This document shows positions 40,364 to 52,372 of a stretch of DNA of 64,000 nt, piece after piece; the first letter of the stretch is position 1, and each line of letters opens with the position of its first letter. The stretch is from assembly GCA_045837725.1 (NCBI GenBank), contig JBEWZL010000302.1, forward strand, positions 186,001-250,000. The letters are read 5' to 3'. Under the pieces are notes generated by a model, which saw nothing but the letters and a program-made list of their open reading frames with translations, was not told the origin of the DNA and ran no database searches. Origin of the DNA: Vermamoeba vermiformis. Lineage: Eukaryota. A program made the position numbers and the translations under genes.

Positions 40364-40705
40364 CACGGTGCAATCAATCCTATATAATATATATCACTTA
40401 CGAACTACCCCATCCACCTTGAAACCCTACCCAACCCCAATATTTATTTACACCCCTCAACCCAGCGAAATAATAATAATCCCATTGATTTTTTGTTTGT
40501 CGAATGCCATCACCCAACATTAGCGGTTAAGAACTTTTTTGACGACAAAAGGAAATACCCACTGTTGTCGTTATTGTACAAATAATAAATACTTCTAAAC
40601 GGATAAAGAAGTCTTAATACATCGTTTACTATTTACAAAACCGAAGGTCGTTGATCAAAACGTTATTGTAACGGCACGTCCGAAGATCTCGATCTCGCGT
40701 CTCTT

Positions 40706-41603
40706 TTACTTTTTGAACTTCTTGTTCGGATGTTTCTTGTTGTGCTTATGACCTCCGCTCGGACTCTTTCTTTTTTTGTTCGCATTGATCTTTCTAATCT
40801 CTGACTTTGACTTCTTGACTTCCTCGTTAGAAGCCCACGGGCTCTTGGCACTCGATTTGACTGGAGCTGTCACAGCGGTCGTAGTTGAAGCCGATGGGCG
40901 AGCACTAACAGCAGGAGTAGTGTCGCCCTCTTCTTCCTCGTCGTTTAATACTGCACTCGTAGTAGCTGTAACAATGACGCCGGGTGCGTTGTATTGTACC
41001 ACTGTCTCGGTCGCGTTATTGTTGTTCTCGGTGGACTCGAACACTTCATCGATATCGTTGTCTGATGCATCATCAACCTCATCAGCGGGCATGACCTCCT
41101 TCAATGCGTCCTCGAGCTCTCCTTGACCACTGTGAGAATGGTGCATGAGTACAAAGTAGGCAAGGTTATCGATTGAAAAAATGCTAACTTACGTCATTTC
41201 TTGGATCGCCTTTGCCATGTGTTCTCTTCGCTGATAACGATAAATTGTTATTAACTATGACGAGCAGTGGCAAATAAAACCATACCTGTTGCTTTTCTAA
41301 CGTGCGAGCCTCTTTCTCTTTGGCCTTCTTTTCTGAATTAGCTTTATTTCTTCGCTCGATCTTTCGTTTATGAAAATTGTTCAAATAATCACTATTGAAT
41401 ATTATTAGTAATTTTGGTAATTAATTTTTGATTTTCTCGGGTGAATCGCGATCTGGATGTCATAATTAACTACACCGAACTTACTTGCGGGATTCGTCAT
41501 CGAATACTACTTCGTACTTCGCCTTTTTCTTCGGTTTGCCGTAGATATTCCAATGCTGCGAGTCCTCCACGGACTTCTTATTTTTGTTCCTCTTTCTGTA
41601 CAT
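40706..41603 (-). CDS. NOL12: Nucleolar protein 12 / RRP17 (Nop25 family)
   Basis: EVVFDDESRKDYLNNFHKRKIERR motif, acidic middle, Lys-rich tail. Confidence 0.75.
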
Positions 41604-41978
41604 CTGAGTTGGATATACTCTTATCTCTAATAAGCACCACGAAACTATCGTATTCCAACGTGCAACAATGTTCAAACTGCTTCGGTAAGCTCGCCAGAGT
41701 TGTTTTCCTTTTGGGCTAAAATTCTTCGGAAAAAGTTTGGCCTGAAAAAATTTACCGTTGATTTGTTCAATCTTTTCTTCCATCGATTTCTTTCCTGCAC
41801 CTTTTGTCGTTGCGTTTACATATAGAAAAGTAAGTAGTCACATCTTAGTATTTCTATCGTTGTGTTATCAAATAAGCGAAATTGCGCGTCAATGCGCGTT
41901 TACTAATGCGAGCTTAGATTTGATCGAGTATTTATTATCAGCTGAAGATATTTATTAATAATTATTGTAGAAGCAAAA

Positions 41979-42437
41979 ATGGTCAACCCTTGGCACACTC
42001 ACCCCAAGAACTACGGAAAGGGCTCAAGAAGATGGTGAGTATTAATTTAATAATTATTATTTTATATTTTAGCGAGCTCGAATATCGGCCAGTTGCTAGA
42101 ATTTAACATGAAATGCATTATGTGGATAATTATGGATGCGAATGCGCGAATTATGCGCTTTTATGACAAGAATCTATGGGCAGAATCTAACAGTATTTGT
42201 ATTTCAGCCGCGTTTGTGGTAACCACCATGGTTTGATCCGAAAGTACGAGATGAACGTTTGCAGACGCTGCTTCCGCGAACAAGCCAACGATATTGGTTT
42301 CTTCAAGGTAAGATTTGAAAGCATCGGGATTGAGCAAAAATTCATTACAAATTATATAATTTGGCTCTACTACTGCCCATTGCTTCGTTTAATCTTCAAA
42401 CACTGATATTAATCGCTTTTTATTTTAGATGAGATAA
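41979..42437 (+). CDS. RPS29: 40S ribosomal protein S29 (uS14), 3 coding exons plus a 5'-UTR intron (about 41830-41970)
   Basis: [47 protein letters not shown]. Confidence 0.97.
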
Positions 42438-43090
42438 ACGCAACAAAAGAAATTAAAAGATTTCAATTGGCCCTTTTGAAGTTGTAATCAAGGCTTCATC
42501 TTGTACAACGCGTAAATAATATAAACTAAAAACCCTTAAAAAAATACAAACGTGCGGCAAATCTGATCTAATCCGGTCGAGACGGTTTAGGTGCTAAGCC
42601 CAAAGAAGACTTTTGTTGTTTGAAATGTTCAATATTCGGGCAAACAAATGAATTTCTAACGAATTAAGAAGGTTCATCGCGTTCCCATCGCGACACAAGA
42701 GTCAGATTCTGTAGCTACGGAAAGCCACCTTACAGTTAGCACGTGCTAACTGTTTACCTACCCACTCAAAGATCTAATGAAACAACGTCGTTGTTAAATT
42801 AAGGGTACACTGTTCACTAACTTCGAAGGCAGGGCTCGTGGCTCCTACTCGGCAAGCTGTCATTCTCCGATCGCGTCAACCCTCCAAGTCATACCGTACG
42901 CACGACACTATCACTATACCCAAGTGCGGACACCATTGCGCTAACTAGTTAAAGCAAAAAGGTACGTGTACACGGGTGGCACGTCATTCGTCAGATCAAC
43001 TCGGGACGTGGCGTGGACGTCTCTTTCAGAAAAAACGGAAAAATTCTATGTTCTTATTCTAGTGCGTCATCGACCACATATCTACAACTG

Positions 43091-44392
43091 ATGCAGAAAG
43101 TTCTAGCGCTCACGCTCTTATTCGGACTTAATTGTAAGTTGCCACCAATTGTTATCCAAAGTTGTCTCATTTTATTCGAATTAGTGCAATTAGTCATTGC
43201 AACGTGCAGTTCAGAGACTGCTAGTGCCTGCAGTAATGGTTATAACGACTGCGTAATGGCAGCTAGCAACAACACTGACGAACTCTGCAATTGTTTTGGA
43301 GCTTACGCGGTTTGCCTTCTTGATAACAATTGTATTGACAGCACCGAATTCCAAAATCTCGTGGTAATTACGAACCTGTTGATTTACAAATCATTTCTAA
43401 TCTTTGATCTTGGAAAAAAAAGGGATACTGCGAGTCAAATTATGGCTGTGCCCCGCAACAATGCTCTGGTGGTGTAGTTACACCTGTATCAGCGCCATTT
43501 TCGGCCCCTGTTGCCTCCGCTCCTGTGGCTCATCGCGGGTGTGACACCAGTGTTTGCATTGATAATTACGGTCCCTGCTTGAATAGAAGTACTGAAGGAT
43601 ACTGTCCTTGCTACGGAGAGTACTTGGCATGCATATTTTACGCGGGTTGTTTGAGCGAAACCGAGTATCAAAGTGCCATTGTAAGGATGTTTTTCAGGTC
43701 TTGGATCGAGCTTAATACTAACTTGCTTTAGCTGTCGTGCGAGCAAATGGGCTGCTCATTGCAGCAGTGCTCTTTGGAGGCTCCAGTTGCCCCTCCTGTT
43801 GACGCTCCTATTGCATCCCCCGTCAGTACTCCCACTTCTACGTGCAACGCGGATCAAGCTACTTTCTGTGCCAATGACTACAACGTTTGTGCCGCCGCAG
43901 CAGGAGCGAATGTTAGCGCTATCTGTAGTTGTTATGGCCCGTACTTTGTTTGTCTTTATGATTTCAGCTGTATAAGCATCAGTCAATACGAGAGCCTCAT
44001 CGTAAGTCTTGCTTATCAGAGTATACACAATCTCTTCGTATTACTCACGATATACTATTAAGCAAACGTGTCAACAATCCGGCTGTACAGCACAACAATG
44101 CACTGGCAACGGCATTACTCCCGTGGCTGCACCTATTGACGCAACGCCAGTCACTATGACCCCTGTGAACGCACCAACCACGTCAACTCCACTTGGTGTT
44201 CCTCCTACTAGCGCTCCACTCGCTCCACCAGCGTCGGTTATCTGCTTGGAGCCTTGGGAGGTCGTATTGATCATTGTGGGCTCAATGCTCGCTGGTATCG
44301 GTGTTGCAGCGATTGTTGGTGTCATCATTTACTTCTCAAGACGCTCGAGTAATAAGAAATCGACCAAATATGCCAAGCTGCTGCACTATTAG
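43091..44392 (+). CDS. Type I membrane protein with three Cys-rich helical repeats and Pro/Thr linkers, paralog 1
   Basis: Repeats C...Y..C....C.CYG.Y..C....C; TM WEVVLIIVGSMLAGIGVAAIVGVIIYF; tail KYAKLLHY. Confidence 0.8.
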
Positions 44393-44676
44393 ACAGACTT
44401 GAAGAGCAGTTCAGCCGTCAATAAATGCCTTTAGGCGTGGTTTGGCTTAAGGCGATCATTATGACCGGGGGTCGGACTACGTATCAGAGCTCGGATTGGT
44501 GGTACTCTTCTGGTTTGGGTGGGCAAACGTAGGAAAGCTCGTCAAAGTTGCACACCAGTCCCGTTTGGAATTTTCTTTTGTGCGTCGTTGGTTTCTCGGT
44601 TCTGTTCCACAAAAACAAGAAAATTATTCTTTATTACCTTCAAGTACGAGCATACATCAACACCAACATCGTCACA

Positions 44677-45924
44677 ATGGAAAGAGTAATTGTGCTAGCC
44701 CTTTTAATTGCGAATGGTAAGTAGTAATGTCTTGCAACGACCCTGACATTTTGTACTACAGTGCAGTTAGCTATGGCTTCTTGCCCTACAGAGACATTGA
44801 ATGCGTGCCGAGGAACCTTCACAACCTGCGTGACAGCTGCGGAAGGTTCACAAGACGCCATCTGCGCTTGTAGTGCCAACTACGCGTTTAGTCTATTGGA
44901 CAATGCTTGCATCAATATTCAAGATTATCAGACTATTATTGCAAGTATCAATTTATATCATTTTCTTTCCTTATACCTTTTCTAATGGTTGATCTACAGG
45001 ACGACTGCGCCACATCCGGCTGCACAATGCAACAATGCCTTAACGGAACGCTACCAATAGACTCGCCTATATCCACGCCTAACTACTTTTCTCCCGACGC
45101 TACTTGCAATGCAACCTTTGCGATATCCTGCTCCTCTGCGTTCCAAAGTTGTGTGGGGAATTCGGTTGCGGAAAATCTTTGCAACTGCTACGGACCATAT
45201 ATATTCTGCACGTATGACTCGGGTTGCATCACTGAGGATGAGCTCCAACGCCTCGTGGTAAGTACCTTGAGGTCCCATCTAGTCCCCTGCTTTCGATCCC
45301 GGAAATAACCTGGTTTTTAGCAAATAAATTGCGAACAACAACTAGGATGTTCAGCGGAACAGTGCAATTCAGCTACAAACAGCCCTCTTAGTCCTATTGA
45401 CCCTCCTGTTTCCGAAACTCCCGTGTCGCCGTGCAACTCCTTGGCTGCTATCGCTTGCGCAGACAGTTTTAATAGTTGCAACTGGGCTGCTCAAACTAGC
45501 GCTGAAGTTTGTGCATGCTACGGACCTTATTACAATTGTCTCTTCGACATTGGCTGTTTGGATTTAGACCAGTACTGGAGTGAAGTTGTAAGTACTTGCT
45601 ATGTTATCTGTTCGCAGTATAAGGCTCACCAGTTTATTTTAGGGATCGTGCGAACAAACTGGTTGTAGCCTCGATGAGTGCACTGGCAACGGCACTGTCG
45701 CTTCGCCTGTAAACGCAATTCCTCTTGGGGTTACCCCTACGAGCGCTCCATTTGCTCCACCAGCGTCGGTTATCTGTTTGCAACCTTGGGAGCTCGTGTT
45801 GATCATTGTGGGCTCAATGCTCGCTGGCATCGGTCTTGCAGCGATTGTTGGTGTCATCATTTACTTCTCAAGACGCTCGAGTACCAAGAAATCGGCGAAA
45901 TATGCCAAGTTACAGCGCTACTAA
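44677..45924 (+). CDS. Tandem paralog 2 of the Cys-rich type I membrane protein
   Basis: Same exon architecture and repeats; nearly identical TM/tail segment ending KYAKLQRY. Confidence 0.8.
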
Positions 45925-46228
45925 GCAATTTGATTAGCATAACCGAAATAAAGTTCTGTTTGGACGAGATCCGATCGTGGATGCGGCTGGTCAGCTTCTA
46001 AGGGTTCAACGGTTTACTCCATAATACAATAAACTCCTAATGCCGTCTATTAAGTTGGATTATCGTCTATTCTTCAAACCGATCGGGTCCTGAAAAAGCA
46101 AAGAAGGTGCTTATTGTCATTGTTCTTTTTTTTTGTACTTGTTCGCCACGAAACCAGCCCTCAGTCAGAAACTGATAGTTTATCGAGGATCAATATCACT
46201 CATACGTAGGAAGTTCTGATAAAGTATC

Positions 46229-48012
46229 ATGGCAAGCCAAGGCACAGATCTTAAAACTTCAGACAAAGGCAATAATAAAAGGTAATTTAGCAACCAAAAA
46301 ATATAACAAAAATTCGAGACGTATCGAGGCATATTATTATGTAATTTCTAGCAACTTGGAGCCTCGTGCGGATTTCACGCAACAAAAATATTTACAAAAA
46401 ATTCTTCTTCTCCCTTTTTAGCCCATTGTTCATTTAAATATATTTATTATAATTAAATTTACTAATGTGCGTATTATTGCAGCCCTCTGAGCTCTCGTTC
46501 GAGGTGAGTTGGCAGCACAGGCCTTTTAAATTTCTTTTACAGCACAAACTAACTATCGCTACGCAACCATTAAATACCATTCGATATTAACTCAATATTT
46601 TGAATATTTTTATTAACTTCTTACCTGACCTTAGGTCTCGTTCGAGATCCAGATCTTCGCGCTCAAGATCGCGGTATGTCATATAGTAAATTTATCAATA
46701 TCCCAATATTACTAATATAATAATTTTTGTAGTTCACGCAGCTCTCGCTCATACAGCAGATCGTACTCGCGATCACGCTCTCGTTCGAGCCGTTCAAGCC
46801 GGTCTCGTAGCAGATCTAGAGACCGACGAAGATCACGATCTAGAAGGTAAGTATATTAATATCTATCATATTAGTAATATGATATGAGATAATATTTCTA
46901 ATCCTGATTTGTTCATTTTATGTCGTGTAACACGGGATCTTGCTAACATTTTTATGTTATTGCAGCAATTCTCCGGCAAGAAGAGCAAAGTTATTTGTGG
47001 GAGGACTGACACGTACTGTCAATAAGGACCATTTGGAAGAGATGTTCGGCACTTTTGGCAAGATCAAGTCCGCTGAAGTTGCCTTGATCCCACGAACAAC
47101 CGTCTCGAAGGGTAAGTGACACTCAATAAGACTATGAATAGGAGCATATATATCTAACAATAATGCGTCAATTAGGCTTCGGTTACGTCGAGTTTTATGA
47201 CCGAGAAGACGCGCTTAAGGCGATTGATTACATGCACGGCGTAAGTACTCATGACTTTAGTTTTAACACGGATCTACAGCACGAGCAAGAAGCTATTAGC
47301 ACGCGTTCAATACACGACGTAGTGGTGTCGAGAGGTGTATTAAAAGATATTTTTCACAGGCTCAAATCGACGGAAAGGTCGCTAAAGTTGAGATGGCTTC
47401 AGTGCCCGTCGAGAGAAGACGTCGTAAGTAGACTATACAATAGTATATATATATATATATATGGAGTATAGTATGAACAAAGCTATTTGAATCACGTGAC
47501 TAAAAGTTTATTTTTTCAACACAGGTTCACCTCCTCGACGTCAATTCAGAGGCCGGTAAGTTTGTCAATGAAAATCTGTTATGAGTGATACATGTACTCA
47601 CCGATTCCTATTCTATAGTGGTGGACGTGCTGGCCCTCCTCGTCGTCGCTGGTCTCCCCCTCGTGGTGGCCGAAGAGGCAGATCTAGATCACGCTCAAGG
47701 TAAGAATCTTAGCCTCTTAACGTATCCTACTTGCGTAAACAATATAGAGCACCTATATTAACGATGTATATATCAGATCGCCAATTCGCAGAGGCATGAA
47801 GCGAAGCAGATCTCCTCGTCGTTCACGAAGCAGATCCCGCTCCCGATCTGCGAAGCGCAGAAGATTTTCGAGATCGCCTTCACGCTCCAGATCTAGATCG
47901 AGGTACGGTCATTCAGGTTATAGTAGAGGTAATATATTAATGTGTGCGTAGATCATGGAGGTCCAGAAGCAGCTCGCGCTCAAGATCCAGATCCCGATCT
48001 AAGAGCAACTAG
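46229..48012 (+). CDS. RNPS1: RNPS1/SR45-like Ser/Arg-rich RRM splicing factor (many small exons)
   Basis: RS tracts on both sides of the RRM KLFVGGLTRTVNKDHLEEMFGTFGKIK..SKGFGYVEF..AIDYMHGAQIDG. Confidence 0.8.
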
Positions 48013-48185
48013 AAAGCTTAACACTAATGCGGGAACAGGCATTCTAACACGTTTGTAAAATCTTTTCATATTGATTACCCTAATTGTCGTTTTTGTAAAA
48101 GTACACCAATTAATTCCCCTTTTCAATTTATTACTTAATTTGGAAAGAAAATCAGTGAATAGAAAGGACCTTTATGTATTAAAAA

Positions 48186-48734
48186 CTATACATACAAAGC
48201 GTAAATACCAATACGAAGTAAACCTCCATTTACGAGACCTGGAGTCTGCGCAACTGCAAGATTGATCTGCCACGGATTTGTTGCAGGCTGGGTTGTAATG
48301 AAGTTGAACTTGGAGAGATCAGCAATGTTGTGTTCTAGAACCCACCATGTAGCCACAACACGATTGTTTGGCGTCATATCAGGCAAAGTCATGTCATATG
48401 TCGCACCAGGTGGAGGAGGAACGTTGAAAGCACCGGGATTATTGGTATTAGCGCTAAGCACTAGTGACTGGTAGGTAGTCGAATATTGCTTTGCACCAAT
48501 TTGACTGATCGTATTGCTTAAGGTCGCAATAGTGGCGTTGAAAAAAGAAGTGTAGAGTTGCAGCGTACTTTGAATGTTAGAGACTGCATTGAGGTATTCT
48601 TTCTCCGCTTTCTGAAGGTTCTTTACGGCGAGTTCAAAGCATTCAAACGCATTTTTGCAAGACGAGTCTTCGGCAGCTACAAAAGCTATGAAAAGCAAAG
48701 CCAAGAGTGTGATGAGTTGTTGTGTTCGTGACAT
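48186..48734 (-). CDS. Secreted hypothetical protein (signal peptide, helical segment, beta-rich C-terminal domain), intronless
   Basis: 182-aa ORF with a clear signal peptide. Confidence 0.7.
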   Translation of the reverse strand: MSRTQQLITLLALLFIAFVAAEDSSCKNAFECFELAVKNLQKAEKEYLNAVSNIQSTLQLYTSFFNATIATLSNTISQIGAKQYSTTYQSLVLSANTNNPGAFNVPPPPGATYDMTLPDMTPNNRVVATWWVLEHNIADLSKFNFITTQPATNPWQINLAVAQTPGLVNGGLLRIGIYALYV

Positions 48735-48962
48735 TTTGAGGTGTTGAGTAATGAAAGATGACTTCGGGGCAGCTTTTTATAATCTGACAAAAGAATTGAT
48801 TTCATTCATCTCGAGGAAATCTCGTCGGCTATTTGATTTTTTTTTCCAAGAGAATAGGTCACGAGGAAATCTCGTCGGCTTATTTGCCTTTTGGACAAAA
48901 GAATAGATTCAACGTATTAAAGAAACGGTGTTCCAACTCATTATCTTTCAATTGTGATCCCA

Positions 48963-50047
48963 ATGAATACCACAGTGTCTATATTTTTACTTCTCTTTTG
49001 CGTCTGTTTCGCAATGGACTCTGGCAAACAGAGGTATGTCTCAATGCTCTCCTTTGGCGACTTTAATCCGGTGAAGATCCTCGGAAAAGTTATCGATGGA
49101 GTAGCCTCGCCTCTAACGGAGCACGTCAAACAAGCTGTCATCGAAGCTGGAGATGCGATGTTCAATCGGTTGGACAAATCGGTAGACAAAATCTTCGCTT
49201 TGATTGCATATCAAGAACAAAAGATTACCGACGACGTCAAAGACATCATCAATTTATTTTCAACACGAGTCGAGGAAGTGTTCAAAGTCGCCGTCGCAAC
49301 TGCTCAGCAATTTGCCGATCATACTATCGAAGAGATCAAACAAAAGATCATCGATGCCACATTCGATAGACTCACTGAAATCGAAGAAAAGACTATGAAA
49401 GATGCAGATGCCATTGTCACGAAGCTAGTGGACGCCCTTAATGCCGCCATTTGCGAAGTCGAAGCAGTGCGCGATGACATTTCTAAAGCTATATCCGAAG
49501 GGTAGGTTTAGGTTTTTTGAATCGAATATAACTAAGCTCTATTATTAGACTGCCCAATCCTTACGAGGAATGTCGCAAAGAACTTGGGTACGGCATGACA
49601 CCGCTCTACAATTTGAAGAACTACGAGCTCTACAAATTAAGAAGATGTCAGCTATTGAAGCCAATCAACGTTGATACGCCAATTGTTCAAGTTGCGTTCA
49701 TTTACGGTGAGATGCAAACGCTGACTGTCAGAATGAACTGCCTGGGCCGTGGATCTAGCATTCTGAACGACTTGTACACCAAAGATTTCTACGAATTTGG
49801 TGCTCGTTATGAGATTTGGAGGCCGTATGTCCACGGCACTTATTACGAGCCTCCTAACGACTCATCCAATCATATCACGCCGTCAATGATCATTATCCCT
49901 ATTGTAGCCTTTGTAATGGTGGCTGTGCTTGCGACAGTAATTGCAGTCAAAGTGCGCACTTGGTTAAAGAGATGCGGTTACAAGACTTTGAGAGAAAGAG
50001 ACCAATGTCACGCCCAGAAATGGCAAGAAGACCAAGATAGTTTGTAG
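48963..50047 (+). CDS. Single-pass membrane protein with a long amphipathic helical ectodomain (one intron, about 49502-49548)
   Basis: Signal peptide; TM MIIIPIVAFVMVAVLATVIAV. Confidence 0.7.
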
Positions 50048-50271
50048 GGTCCACTGTAAAAAGAATTAATAAGATCACTTGCCGTGATAGAACCGCATCT
50101 TAATATTGTTTGAATTGTCGAGTCGTGATGCATAAATTATTGTATGAAATCCTACCGTGCTGATCTTTGTCGCCCAAGACATCAAAATTGAATACCGTAT
50201 AAATTGATTTTAATCATACATCTCCAATAATAAATTTCTCTTTCCTCTTGATTAAAGCATGCAGTATGATC

Positions 50272-51172
50272 TTAGATAAACCCTATTCCTCTGTCATAAT
50301 ATTCAGATGGTTTTTCGTTGTTTAAAGCACTTCTGATCAGTTTTTCAAATTCTGCACTATTTGGATCTAGTCTGCCGTACCATTGGCCACGAGGATAGAC
50401 AATCATATTAGCTGCCCAAACGTGGCCTCCTATATGACTGGTCCCAGCTACTGTCACATTATGCATGCCTTTACAGATGTGATTTATGGCTGTCTGTGCG
50501 TTGGAGTCAGCAAATCAGCAGTACAGCGTGACACGTGTCACTTACCATGACCGCAGGGCCACATTTGCCACAGCGTTCATCGCGCGCATTATGAGTGCAC
50601 ACAAAGATATGTTTATGGTCCTGCGATAGTGCCTCTACGTGAAGTTGTGGATCGGCAACTCCTGTTTCCAAGTACCTGATATAAATCTATTAGGCGTCTC
50701 GATAACGGCTCTATAGCGTACGATTTTAATAAGCTTAGTTTGTCTTGCGTGAAATTAATGATTCTTTTGGCCCCACGAGGAGTAAAGTGCAATAAATCGA
50801 ACGAAAGATCAATGTTAGCGGCACTCTTGCTGGCAATGGTACTCGCAGTCACGACGATCTTCTTATCCTAAAATATTACGATTAATTAATAGGTCCCTAG
50901 TATATGTTAGAAATAGGGTAGATATTACTTTCAATTCTTTTCTGTTCATGGCCGTAATGGCTGAAGTGAGGCCCGTCAGCATGTCAATGTCGCGCGGCCA
51001 AACTTCAGGGCCTTGAGCTCCGTGACATAGAACTAAATGGCTAGAATACTGTTTGGCTTTATAGCCTGTCGTGAGTATTAAAGAATAGTTAGCCTCTTGC
51101 CGTGGTATCTCGAAACACATCTGCGAAGTTTTGTACCTACGGGAGGTTCAGTCTCCTGTTTTGCTTCTGTCT
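50272..51172 (-). CDS. Sucrase/ferredoxin-like (Apd1/Aim32-type) thioredoxin-like 2Fe-2S protein; 5' end unresolved
   Basis: IFVCTHNARDERCGKCG and SHIGGHVWAAN..WYGR (2Cys-2His ligand set). Confidence 0.85.
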
Positions 51173-52372
51173 GGCAATAACGGTTATTTCATTGCGTATT
51201 ATGTCATCATCGATTAATCACGATAATAATAAATAACCCATTTCTAGGCGAAATTATTTTTAGTTATAAATTCGAGTTAGATGCAGGAATGTAATTACTG
51301 CCAGTAATACGAGGATAAATATTTGCGAATATTATACTTACGGATAAATTATTTCGTTGAGAGCGGATCGCAAAACATTTCGCCGAGGTGGTTTGCAAGC
51401 GACTCTACGATTAATTTTAGTTCTGGCGTAATAATATAATAAATTATTCATTGCATTTACCCCAAATTTCGTATTTAGAACAATTCGAGTGAGCATTTGT
51501 GTTGCTGTGCGTCGATCTGATGTAGATAATAAAATCATGCGGTAATTATGGTGCAGTATTGAATGATATCTGAAGTTACAATTTATTATGTACATGCCTA
51601 TGAGGTATATAATACAATGATGAGGTCTAGCCGCCTATGAAAAGCTTCCTCGTCGAATAAATTTTCGAGACCTGTCCAATCCATTGTGCGGATGTCCATT
51701 TTCGCTTTCGCGATCAAGAACTTTATCTACTATGCGCTTAATGGGATAGTAGAATAGTATAAAGAAGGACCCCAGAATGAATAAGACCCATCCTAATATT
51801 TTAAACTAAACCGAAAATTAATAAAAAATTCAAAATAAATTGTGCTGCATTATTTTGTAAAGCGCTAGTTATTACAACGAACAATAATATTGAATTGGCA
51901 TATTAAAAATATTATTCTATTTTTTGAACGTTAAATAAAGCTGACGTTGCAACTTGTGATCAGAAAGCTCTAATGTTAATGCATGATTCATACTGTTAAT
52001 TACACAAATAAATATAACAAATTATACCTTGATTTTCCAAGTAAGTGAATGTTGCTGCAAGTACAGTACGCCGATCAGATGGTACTGTGATATTAAGTAG
52101 CCAAGTGTCAGCAAACTGACCACTTTAATAAGCTCCCACATTGTTATTAATATTGTACGCTATGATCATATAAACAGTACTGTGGTGTGCATTTCAGATC
52201 TAGTTTACAATAATTAAATTTCCGTTTCTTCGAGGTTTTGAAGAAACCTCGTTGTTAAAATTACTTCAGTTTATTATATTTTACATATTCTACAAATCAA
52301 ATATCGTACATGTTATTCCGCGCGGTCGGATCAAGCTTAATTTCGATCCAACTTCTATTGGGTTGGCACCAT

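Noticed and set aside
51600-52145. Possible small two-exon gene or ncRNA (ATGATGA at about 51617) upstream of the ferredoxin-like gene
   Set aside because: All frames stop quickly, there is no matching D box or stem, and I could not support a model
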